Positions 7,601 through 15,443 of a stretch of DNA of 32,000 nt are shown in pieces. Source of the DNA: Acholeplasma laidlawii PG-8A (GTDB lineage Bacteria; Bacillota_I; Bacilli_A; Acholeplasmatales; Acholeplasmataceae). Below the pieces are notes generated by a model. It searched no databases, was not told the DNA's origin, and was given only the letters and a program-made list of their open reading frames with translations. How positions within the stretch are numbered: the stretch's first letter is position 1; each line of letters starts with the position of its first letter. Both the position numbers and the translations under genes were made by a program. The DNA is taken from positions 540,001 through 572,000 of the forward strand of contig NC_010163.1 of the NCBI RefSeq assembly GCF_000018785.1, given 5' to 3'.

Positions 7601-10600
7601 TACAAACGTCTTTGGTGATATTCATATTGAATTTAATACATTTAACAACATCAAGTCTGATATTATAGCACTTGATAGAACAATGGCTTCATCAGAAATC
7701 AACATTAGATCTAATGAGTTTACGAATTTCAAAATAGGTGCGATTCGTTTTGATGGTGGTTATAATAACGGTACATACAATATTGAAGATAACATATTTA
7801 AGAATGATGTGAAACAAGCAGAAACTGCAATTTTATTTAGAGCATACTCTGCATCATCTGGCAATTTACAAACCATTAATATTCAAAGAAACCTATTTGA
7901 AAATATTGGTAATGAGTTCAACAATCCAACAGATAACTATGCCCAATCAGCTGTGATTGCAACCTCTACATATAATTCAATGAATATTGATTTTAATATT
8001 ATTGAAAACGTCTTTGTGAACACACATAATACAGTTCATTTAAGAAAAAATGAAACAACGACTACATTAATCTATGATGTAGATGTCCTTAGAAATACAT
8101 TTGAAAACCCAACGGGTTATGTATTCTTTGAAGATGGTGATCTCACACTCTTAGAAGATAACATTTACCTTGATAAAATGGGTCAAGCAGTGGATGCATC
8201 TAAAGTACAGGATGAATTAACAGGTGGTAGAAGAATCATCAAAATCTTACAAGATGAAGCTGAGTATGTCATCATTAGATACACATTCAATGCTGAAACA
8301 GCAACCTATGATATCTCAGAAGAATTTAAAACTGGTGTAGTAGGAAGTAAAGTTACTGTCTTATCAAATCCCGAATTAGGTTACTTCACAGAATTTGAAG
8401 TCTATGAAGGTGTTATTTTAGCTGATGGCTCATTAGTCATTGAAATTTACTATGAAGTATTAGTGAATTCATTTACTTATGAACTGGAATTTAATGGTGG
8501 TAACACATTCTATGAAAATAGAGATGCTATGGTGAATGACTGGATCAATGATTACAATACATTTGGTGGTACATCTTATGTAATTAATGAACTACCAAGA
8601 GATACATTTGGTTCAAGTATAAATATTCATACATTCTTCTTTGATGCAAGATTCCGTGACAAATGGTTATGGGTTGCAAAATATCTAGGTGTTGTAGGTT
8701 CTTCAACAAATAGAGCTTCTGCACAAAATATCGTTAGCCGTGATTCAGTTACTGCTTTTGATGCAGTAAACGCAAACTACCGCTATGCATTCTCATATGA
8801 AGTGAGAGGTTTCATGGATGGCCGTAAATTTACTGAAAATGCAAACTGGCAATCAGCAGATTACAGTCTACGTGACCTTAAATATGGTTTTTGGAGTTAT
8901 TTAATTGCTGATAAACAAGAAACAGTCTTCTTAAGTCAATCAGAGGTTCAAGTATTACCAACAGAAGTATACTTAGAAAATTATGAATTTAAAGGTTGGT
9001 TTAATAATCCGGAATTTACAGGTGATAGAATCTATGAAATCACTGAACCAACTAAACTATATGCAAAATTTGAGGAAAAAAATCCAGTGACATCACTTAC
9101 TATCTCAAATCCAATTGGAGAAATGATTAAAGGTGATACATACGACTTAGTTGTAGATATTGCGCCAACAGATGCATACAATAAACTCTTACTATTTACA
9201 TCGTCTGATGTAAAAGTTATGAGTGTCTCTCCTGAAGGTACATTAACAGCATTAAATGCAGGTATTGCAGTTATTACTGTAACAAACCATAATGGTGAAA
9301 TTATGACTACAATGGAAGTTACTGTACACCCTATGGATGATGTAACTCTAGAATTTAGTTCAGGATTTAATGGATTTATAAATGTTGGTGAAGAATTTAC
9401 AATGACTGCGGTTGGTGTTGGTAAAGATAATGCTGGTAAAACATTTACTTATGTACCAGAAGAAGACGGTATCGTTGAACTTATAGGTACAAACACATTT
9501 AAAGCTTTATTACCAGGAACAACTTTAATTGACATCTTTGATGGTGCAGAACTCATCTACACTTATACAGTAGTAGTTCAAGGTGCACTTGATGCTGAAG
9601 ATAGAGTGGATCAATTACTTGATTTATTAGGTAACGCAAATAATGCAGTGGTTAATGGATTAAACGTTATTACATATTATACTTCAGGACAAGAATGGTC
9701 TGACCCAAGATATGAAAGTGTCAACTTATACTTATTTGATGACTATGTAGTAGACAGAACAACATATCCTGCGGATCCCACAAAATTCTCTAACCGTTTA
9801 ATGGACTCAGTAGAATTTGTCTTAATTCATGACACAGCAAATCTAAACGGTGGTCTAGCAAGCCATGGCTCATTCTTTGCAAATCCAGCAAATAGTATCG
9901 GTATTCATTACACTACAGGTGATTATGGTATCGTATCTAGCTTACCTGATGAATATGTGGGATGGCATGCTGGTGATGGTACTGCATCTAGTTTCCAATG
10001 GCATGATACTGGTATTGTTGTAACAGATAATGAAAAACCAATAATTGATATTTCTACAGATGGTTTCTGGACATTTAATGGACAAAAATCCACTGTCCAA
10101 GCGCCTCGTGGTGATAATAATGCTATCTTAGATAAATCATACTTTACATACCAAGGTCCAACTTGGGATGTCGTAGGTGGTAAATACGTAATTGGTACAC
10201 ACTGGTTTGCTAAGACACAACAAGCTCGTGGTGTGATTGCATCACGCGGTGGTAACCTAAACTCTATTGGTATTGAAATGAACGTTAACAGAAATGCAGA
10301 TATCATTGATACAGTTCAAAGAACAGCAAAATTAGTAGCGAACTTACTAGAAGAAAACAACTTAAGTAATAACCGTGTCATTATGCACAATACTACAGAC
10401 GGTAAGGGTGATCCATATACATTAAACAATACAGTCTATAATGGTACTTGGTATTTTGACAGATTTATGGAACATGTAGCAATTGAAAGACTAGTCTTAT
10501 CACAATTTGCAGATGCAACGATTACATTCCATTCAGACTCAGAATTACTATCTGATACAGGTCGTGTGATTGCAATGCCACAAGTTACAACTGAAGTACA

Positions 10601-10742
10601 ATATACAATTACAGTTGAAATAGACGGCGTATCTAAATCTATTACACTTACATCAGTAATTCCTGGTATTCATACATGGAGTCAAAACTACGGATTCTTT
10701 AAACCAACACAAGCTTGGGCAAAAGCAGATTACCGTAAATAA
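4665..10742 (+). CDS. Giant surface lipoprotein: Big_2 Ig-like repeats, two right-handed beta-helix modules, a Flg_new-like repeat, and a C-terminal N-acetylmuramoyl-L-alanine amidase (Amidase_2) domain
   Basis: 2025 aa. Signal peptide MKRRLLVLFMVILSFILVSC with lipobox LVSC (Cys20). Repeated ...VTWTTSDAELATVxNGVVTLLKxGVVTITAT... units (Big_2). Two NNxF/xNxF-rich beta-helix blocks. YEFKGWFNNPEFTGDRIYEITEPTKLYAKF (Flg_new-like). Amidase motifs VLIHDTA, IGIHY, VGWHAGDG, NSIGIE, HNTTDGKGDP. Confidence 0.85.
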   Translation: MKRRLLVLFMVILSFILVSCTEIDEASFSFKDSEVTIKVGDSYTLDHEITQGLEVEYTMSAEGIISISGQTVTALAVGEVDVTATVVGKDLSDTIKIIVEAKEDPVVAVQSVAIAGDNAGLVGEAITLTATVLPQNATNKEVTWTTSDAELATVENGVVTLLKAGVVTITATSGEKSDTHEITISDVVVDVESVTIEGLSDGVEGSTITLTVSVLPVDATDKTVTWTTSNAELATVANGVVTLLKEGVVTITATSGEQSDTHEITINALVVNVDSVSVEGLNEGVVDGEITLTATVLPQNATNKEVTWTTSDAELATVVNGVVTLLKEGVVTITATADGKTDSFEITIGPKPIELESIEITGSSAGFIGDTINLTVTASPEGAQLPVVIWSVNISAYATVENGVVTLHRQGTVLVTATVNGISATHEITVQKVAAQIGSVNYGTIQDAITAASDSDTIVIFGGTHNEVLNITKSNLNFVPKENEQVILTNVINLTGNLENISFTNLEFTLDAQIKSTGTLKGFTFKNNLVYDTNLAGTTYAPISRINVNAFIQFYRLAGTNLFGDIHIEDNVFTNIKSDIISLDRTMVNAEINIKYNEFRNFEISAIRFDGGYNNGTYNITNNLFENDELGAYSAITFRAYAPESGNVQNIYIDDNTFVNIGTLSKNRDGDQPGSGVITFSTFNSNDTNVFVRNNEFTHTFNSIHLRGALTKWSATISGNTFTDSLGYIYFDTTKLAVFETNEFVDALGEAVDPTRVLEVIDPAYKLVRIAEPVLESFEISGFNAGQVSEELSLTLVATPPYFVFSDVVWTSSDEEVATVVDGVVTLLQEGVVTITATYGEMIETIEITVTAKMAAYLNEVGYVTIQEAITAAVSGDTIEVNKGEFSENLNIDKPLTLLGFDGHLTTLTGKVTIAKNIENVTIEGFNMTGNFQVISTGTLKGFSFRHNHVFDTNLIATGYAPNARTNVNAIIQFYAGAGTNVFGDIHIEFNTFNNIKSDIIALDRTMASSEINIRSNEFTNFKIGAIRFDGGYNNGTYNIEDNIFKNDVKQAETAILFRAYSASSGNLQTINIQRNLFENIGNEFNNPTDNYAQSAVIATSTYNSMNIDFNIIENVFVNTHNTVHLRKNETTTTLIYDVDVLRNTFENPTGYVFFEDGDLTLLEDNIYLDKMGQAVDASKVQDELTGGRRIIKILQDEAEYVIIRYTFNAETATYDISEEFKTGVVGSKVTVLSNPELGYFTEFEVYEGVILADGSLVIEIYYEVLVNSFTYELEFNGGNTFYENRDAMVNDWINDYNTFGGTSYVINELPRDTFGSSINIHTFFFDARFRDKWLWVAKYLGVVGSSTNRASAQNIVSRDSVTAFDAVNANYRYAFSYEVRGFMDGRKFTENANWQSADYSLRDLKYGFWSYLIADKQETVFLSQSEVQVLPTEVYLENYEFKGWFNNPEFTGDRIYEITEPTKLYAKFEEKNPVTSLTISNPIGEMIKGDTYDLVVDIAPTDAYNKLLLFTSSDVKVMSVSPEGTLTALNAGIAVITVTNHNGEIMTTMEVTVHPMDDVTLEFSSGFNGFINVGEEFTMTAVGVGKDNAGKTFTYVPEEDGIVELIGTNTFKALLPGTTLIDIFDGAELIYTYTVVVQGALDAEDRVDQLLDLLGNANNAVVNGLNVITYYTSGQEWSDPRYESVNLYLFDDYVVDRTTYPADPTKFSNRLMDSVEFVLIHDTANLNGGLASHGSFFANPANSIGIHYTTGDYGIVSSLPDEYVGWHAGDGTASSFQWHDTGIVVTDNEKPIIDISTDGFWTFNGQKSTVQAPRGDNNAILDKSYFTYQGPTWDVVGGKYVIGTHWFAKTQQARGVIASRGGNLNSIGIEMNVNRNADIIDTVQRTAKLVANLLEENNLSNNRVIMHNTTDGKGDPYTLNNTVYNGTWYFDRFMEHVAIERLVLSQFADATITFHSDSELLSDTGRVIAMPQVTTEVQYTITVEIDGVSKSITLTSVIPGIHTWSQNYGFFKPTQAWAKADYRK
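4989..5960 (+). repeat. Four tandem in-frame Big_2 repeats (3 x 246 bp plus 234 bp)
   Basis: Units at 4989-5234, 5235-5480, 5481-5726 and 5727-5960. Segments 5043-5116 and 5535-5608 are identical at 73 of 74 nt. Confidence 0.9.
5961..8230 (+). repeat. Intragenic segmental duplication with a period of about 1260 nt, covering a beta-helix module and a Big_2 unit
   Basis: Block starting AAQIGSVNYGTIQDAITAA (5961) matches the block starting AAYLNEVGYVTIQEAITAA (7224). The core ...SAIRFDGGYNNGTYNI... at 6481 recurs as ...GAIRFDGGYNNGTYNI... at 7741. Core protein identity is about 70% by eye. Confidence 0.85.
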
Positions 10743-10754
10743 CACATAATAAAA

Positions 10755-10792
10755 AAGCTGGTCCTACTATTAAAGTAAGACCAGCTTCTTTT
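10755..10792. terminator. Bidirectional intrinsic terminator between convergent genes
   Basis: AAGCTGGTC (10755-10763) pairs with GACCAGCTT (10779-10787). An A-run lies upstream and a T-rich tract downstream. Confidence 0.75.
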
Positions 10793-10818
10793 AGATACTT
10801 ATTAAAATTAGATTAAAA

Positions 10819-11322
10819 TTATCTTTCAAATTGTAATATGGAATAAATTAAAGAAGTAATACTTCCTAAGATAGCAAATACATAACCTAATATTGCACCA
10901 ATGGCTAAGTCTTGGCCTCCAAAAGTAGCAGTAACTTCATTACCTAAAATGGTAGTTACGTGTGTTGTATTTTGTGGAAGTTGAAAGAATAATACAATAG
11001 ATAAAGAAAATGTTAGTGTTAAGAGTAAACCGAAAATTAACTTGGACATGGATGTTTTTTTATCGTTAATCGTCGATAAAACAAAGATAATACTTATAAG
11101 TGCTGGTAAACTAAATGCTAACAAGTTTAATAGACTAAAATTCACTTTGTGATCTAAAAATCCACCGATTTGGAAAGTTTCACCACCGAATGTTGCTGTA
11201 ACACCGGTTACGATAGCTTCCCCATTGCTGTTTTGAAGTACGTTTAAAAACATACTACCAAAGATAAGTAGTGCTAGAAATAGTATAACAACTGGGAGAA
11301 AATTTTGTAATTTTTTTGTCAT
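10819..11322 (-). CDS. Small integral membrane protein (4 predicted TM), function unknown
   Basis: 167 aa with four hydrophobic segments. The loop motif VTATFGG(E/Q) is duplicated. Strong RBS (AAGGGGG, 8 nt before the ATG). Confidence 0.6.
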   Translation of the reverse strand: MTKKLQNFLPVVILFLALLIFGSMFLNVLQNSNGEAIVTGVTATFGGETFQIGGFLDHKVNFSLLNLLAFSLPALISIIFVLSTINDKKTSMSKLIFGLLLTLTFSLSIVLFFQLPQNTTHVTTILGNEVTATFGGQDLAIGAILGYVFAILGSITSLIYSILQFER

Positions 11323-11402
11323 AGTAATGACCCCCTTTTTTCTTATTATAATATAAAATTGTCTCTATTCAAAAGTATTTGATTTTAATCTTGGTTATAT
11401 CA

Positions 11403-11411
11403 TGTTAAAAT
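11403..11411 (+). promoter_or_regulatory. Candidate extended -10 element for the helicase operon
   Basis: TGTTAAAAT (TGn + TAAAAT) lies 25 nt upstream of ATG 11436. No convincing -35 at proper spacing. Confidence 0.3.
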
Positions 11412-11435
11412 GGCAATAGGTAGGTGAGAATCGTG

Positions 11436-14400
11436 ATGCATAAAAATGAACTATTAGAACAACTAAATGATTTGAGAACTGAACTTAGACTTTCGCATTT
11501 TAATAAAACCGGAGAGCAAATAATCATAATAAGTGATGCTGCTCTTTTTGAGGTGGCTCAAAAAAGACCTCTAAAACTAAATGAGTTTAATGCGATTTCT
11601 GGTCTTGATACAGATTTTAATAAGAAATATGCCCAGGAATTTATAAGTATTATTAAATCATTTAATCAGTCAAATATAAAGTCCGTTAAAGTATCTAAAC
11701 AAGCAAGTAAAGTACTACACCACTATAAAGATAGACTCACAAACATGTCTAAAACAAATTCCAATCTTTATATGGGACAAATCTATCAAAATCATAGTTT
11801 CGATTTAACTTTAATTGAAAATAACTTTGAACTAAAAGACTATTTAATTAATAATCGCATTAAGAACTTAAAACTTAACTATAGAAGTGATGCCGATGAA
11901 AGACATATAACAAAACTCTATAGAGAAGTAAATAAGACCCAAATAGAAACAGGTAGTTATAACCTTTATATTGCTTACCCTTATGTGGAAGGTATCTTTA
12001 GTAAGGATAAGTTTCCGATTAAAGCACCACTACTTTATTTTCCTGTAAAAATTGAGCGAACCCTTCGTACATTTACATTAAAAAAAGATAGTGAAAGAGA
12101 TGTTATTTTTAATAGAGACTTATTGTTGATTACATCTAAAATGGAAAAATCATCCATGGATTTTAACGCACCTGAAGTCACAGATTTCAATGAAAAAGTA
12201 CTTCATGAGGTTGTTATCCCATTCTACGAAAAACATGGCATATCCATTGATGTAGATTCAAAACACATAGAGTTCATCTCTTTTAAAAATGAATTGAAAG
12301 AAGATTTTGTAAAGGTTCATCGTCCTAAGTTTAAACTACAACCTTATGCAACGTTATCAAGATTTCAACTCTACTCATCCAGTATTCAAAAAGACATGGA
12401 ACGTATCTTATCTTCTAAACAGTATAATGATCTGCTTGAAGGTTTAATCGATGAAACGAACCTTTTTAAGCAAGAAGTATCTAAACCTATGGAAATATCA
12501 GGTGAACCCATTCATGAAGATAAAATCAGCTATATAAACGATTTAAACTTCAGTCAAGAACGTGTCATTGATTTACTAAATGATGAGAAGAAAATTGTCA
12601 TATGGGGTCCACCGGGTACCGGTAAAAGTCAAACCATCACCTCATTAATTGCATCCAGTATTTTAAAGGGTGAAAATGTCTTAGTGGTCTCCGAAAAAAA
12701 GGTTGCTCTAGATGTTATTTACTCTAGATTAAAAAAAGCATCGAAATATGCCATGTTTATTGATGATGCAGAAAATAAACAAGATTTTTATTATAAATTA
12801 AATCATTTTCTAGAACCGGAACCACCTGTTCGTACACTCAATAATGATATCTATGCCTTAGAATCGGAAATTAAAAGACAATTAAATGATATGGAAAAAT
12901 CACTTCAATTACTTTACGGGCACACATTTGAAAATAAGCCTGTATTTGAACTCTTTTCTAGATATATTAAGGATAAAGACATTAAACTTCACTTAACACC
13001 TTATGATGTACATAAGATGTTTCATGAAGTCTATAAAAAACCAAGTTTTCAAATGATTGAGGCACTAGAAAAAACTTTCGATAATGATGCACACCTTAAA
13101 CGTATGATGGATTTAGATTGGTACTTAGAAAAGTATCCAGTGCTACAAAAATTAGAAACAAAAATACCAAGAAGCCAAAAACTGATGTTTGATCAAATGC
13201 ATGAAAAGTATCTTCAGCTAAAAACAACCTATCAAAGATCAGGTATCTTTAAAAGAAGCAAACTTAAGAAAACATTTATAAAAACATACATCGATGAAAT
13301 AACTTATTTAAGTGTCAAAAAAAGTATCAGAAAGAAGTATTTAAATCAATTATTTGTGGATGATAGATTACATAGTTATGTCTTTGAAAATATGAACCGT
13401 TTAAATAAATTAATGACGATTTATCAAACGCTAAAACCGTTTGAAAAAACGTTCTTAAAGATAATGCATTCACATCCAAAAGTAAAAGGTATAGATGAAA
13501 ATTATAAACTAAGAACTTATATTTTTGAAGCTTATTATTCAGGCTTTATTGAGGTCTTTAAGTCTGAACACCAAAAACATTTATATATCTTTGATAATTA
13601 TCAAGAAAAGGTTGATAAGATTAAAGAAATCATGCATCAAAAAATGTTGGTTACTAATGAATCGTTTGAAATGGAACTTTATAAACATGCACTTAATTTA
13701 AATAATACAAAACGTATTATGGATATTAAAAGAGTGTTTGATTTGACGAATAAACCAAGCATTAAGTCTTTTATAGAAACCTTCCAACTAGAAATGAAAA
13801 GTCACATCAGGTTATGGATGATGACACCAGAAGTGGTATCAGCTATTTTACCCTTAGAACACGGTATGTTTGATTTAGTTATCTTTGATGAGGCAAGCCA
13901 AATGTATGTAGAAAAAGGTATACCTGCAATTTATAGAGCTAAAAAAGTTGTTATTGCAGGAGACCCTAAACAACTTAGACCAAGTAGTTTAGGTACAGGT
14001 AGAACAGATGAACTGGATGAGTTTTATGAAGATGATGTCTTTAAAGAAGTATCGTTAGATGCTAAAAGTTTATTAGACCTTGCAAGATACCGCTTTAAAG
14101 AAGCACTACTAAATTATCACTACCGCTCGACGTATGAGGAATTAATCGCGTTTTCTAACCACGCATTTTATGATGCCAAGTTAATGATTTCACCAAATCA
14201 AAAAAAGGCGGTTGAACCACCGATTGAATATATATATGTTAAAGATGGTATGTTTGAAAATAGAAGAAATAAAAAAGAAGCAACTAAAGTTGTTGAAGTG
14301 ATTAAAAAGATACTAAGAACAAGACAACATAATGAATCCATTGGTGTGATTACATTTAATAGTACTCAAAGAGATGCTATTGAAAATGCAATCGATCAAG

Positions 14401-15146
14401 AACTCTTTAAAAAAGGAACATATCAAAAAGCGTTTGAACAAGAACTGTTTAGAAAAGAAGACGGTGAAGATAAATCATTATTCGTTAAAAATATTGAAAA
14501 CGTTCAAGGTGATGAAAGAGATATCATAATTTTTTCAATGGGATATGCTAAAAACAGCCAAGGACAAGTGATGAGACGATTTGGGTGGCTTAACCATGAT
14601 GGCGGACAAAACAGGCTTAATGTGGCTATTACACGCGCCAAACAAAAGATTTATTTCATATCTAGTTTGTATCCGGAAGAATTTAAAGTAGAAGACTTAA
14701 GTTCGACTGGTCCAAAGTTATTAAAAGATTTTATGAGATATTGTTACTATGTTTCAAATGAAAACGAGGCACTTGCTAAAGAGGTATTAAATCATTTACA
14801 TAGTACAGAGATTGAAACCAGAAATATGCTTATAACACATATGGTAGATGATGTTAAGAAGCGTTTAGAAAGATTAGGGTTTGACGTTGATTTAAATGTT
14901 GGTATTGGTAAATATAAAATCAATCTAGCAATTAAAGATGATAAACAAAAAGCCTATAAGTTAGGTATCTTAACAGATGTAGGTCTAAATGATTTAAATG
15001 CAAGGCGAGATTTACTACATCAAGAAAAATACTTAGAGTCTAGGGGATGGACCGTATATAGATTGTTAGAATCGAATTGGTATACAGATCCTAATAAAGA
15101 GTTAAAACAAATTAAAGATTTAATGAAAATAGAAAAGAGTAATTAA
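11436..15146 (+). CDS. Superfamily 1 (Upf1/DNA2-like, AAA_11/AAA_12) helicase with N-terminal HRDC-like and DUF4011-like regions and a C-terminal DUF559/REase_MTES_1575-like fold
   Basis: Walker A WGPPGTGKSQT (about 12604), VIFDEASQM (about 13881), AGDPKQLRP, YHYRS, NVQGDERDIIIFS, RLNVAITRAKQKIY. N-terminus LNDLRTELR...IIISDAALFEVAQKRPLKLNEFNAISGL is HRDC-like. The ORF track starts at GTG 11424, but AGGTGA (11422-11427) is placed 8 nt before ATG 11436, which I prefer. Confidence 0.85.
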   Translation: MHKNELLEQLNDLRTELRLSHFNKTGEQIIIISDAALFEVAQKRPLKLNEFNAISGLDTDFNKKYAQEFISIIKSFNQSNIKSVKVSKQASKVLHHYKDRLTNMSKTNSNLYMGQIYQNHSFDLTLIENNFELKDYLINNRIKNLKLNYRSDADERHITKLYREVNKTQIETGSYNLYIAYPYVEGIFSKDKFPIKAPLLYFPVKIERTLRTFTLKKDSERDVIFNRDLLLITSKMEKSSMDFNAPEVTDFNEKVLHEVVIPFYEKHGISIDVDSKHIEFISFKNELKEDFVKVHRPKFKLQPYATLSRFQLYSSSIQKDMERILSSKQYNDLLEGLIDETNLFKQEVSKPMEISGEPIHEDKISYINDLNFSQERVIDLLNDEKKIVIWGPPGTGKSQTITSLIASSILKGENVLVVSEKKVALDVIYSRLKKASKYAMFIDDAENKQDFYYKLNHFLEPEPPVRTLNNDIYALESEIKRQLNDMEKSLQLLYGHTFENKPVFELFSRYIKDKDIKLHLTPYDVHKMFHEVYKKPSFQMIEALEKTFDNDAHLKRMMDLDWYLEKYPVLQKLETKIPRSQKLMFDQMHEKYLQLKTTYQRSGIFKRSKLKKTFIKTYIDEITYLSVKKSIRKKYLNQLFVDDRLHSYVFENMNRLNKLMTIYQTLKPFEKTFLKIMHSHPKVKGIDENYKLRTYIFEAYYSGFIEVFKSEHQKHLYIFDNYQEKVDKIKEIMHQKMLVTNESFEMELYKHALNLNNTKRIMDIKRVFDLTNKPSIKSFIETFQLEMKSHIRLWMMTPEVVSAILPLEHGMFDLVIFDEASQMYVEKGIPAIYRAKKVVIAGDPKQLRPSSLGTGRTDELDEFYEDDVFKEVSLDAKSLLDLARYRFKEALLNYHYRSTYEELIAFSNHAFYDAKLMISPNQKKAVEPPIEYIYVKDGMFENRRNKKEATKVVEVIKKILRTRQHNESIGVITFNSTQRDAIENAIDQELFKKGTYQKAFEQELFRKEDGEDKSLFVKNIENVQGDERDIIIFSMGYAKNSQGQVMRRFGWLNHDGGQNRLNVAITRAKQKIYFISSLYPEEFKVEDLSSTGPKLLKDFMRYCYYVSNENEALAKEVLNHLHSTEIETRNMLITHMVDDVKKRLERLGFDVDLNVGIGKYKINLAIKDDKQKAYKLGILTDVGLNDLNARRDLLHQEKYLESRGWTVYRLLESNWYTDPNKELKQIKDLMKIEKSN

Positions 15147-15149
15147 CAC

Positions 15150-15443
15150 ATGAAACCTGTATTTATATATATTTATGTTGTGGTGTGGATATTTATATCA
15201 CTCATTACCTATGTAGCTTATTTAATGGATAAAGAACGTGCAAAAAAAGGTACGTGGCGTATTAAAGAAAAACACTTATTATTACTGACTGTTTTTATGG
15301 GTTCTATTGGTGGACTCATGGGCTTATATGTTGTAAGACATAAAACGAAACATTGGTATTTTGTAGTGATTAATTGGTTATCGTTTTTCTTACACCTTTA
15401 CCTACTGTATTTTATTTATAGTCAAGTAGGCATAGCTAATTAG
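15150..15443 (+). CDS. DUF1294 family small membrane protein
   Basis: 97 aa. MDKERAKKGTWRIKEKHLLLLTVFMGSIGGLMGLYVVRHKTKHWYF matches the DUF1294 signature (DK..A..g.wRI.E..L....GG..G....RHKT.H..F). It starts 3 nt after the helicase stop. Confidence 0.75.
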   Translation: MKPVFIYIYVVVWIFISLITYVAYLMDKERAKKGTWRIKEKHLLLLTVFMGSIGGLMGLYVVRHKTKHWYFVVINWLSFFLHLYLLYFIYSQVGIAN

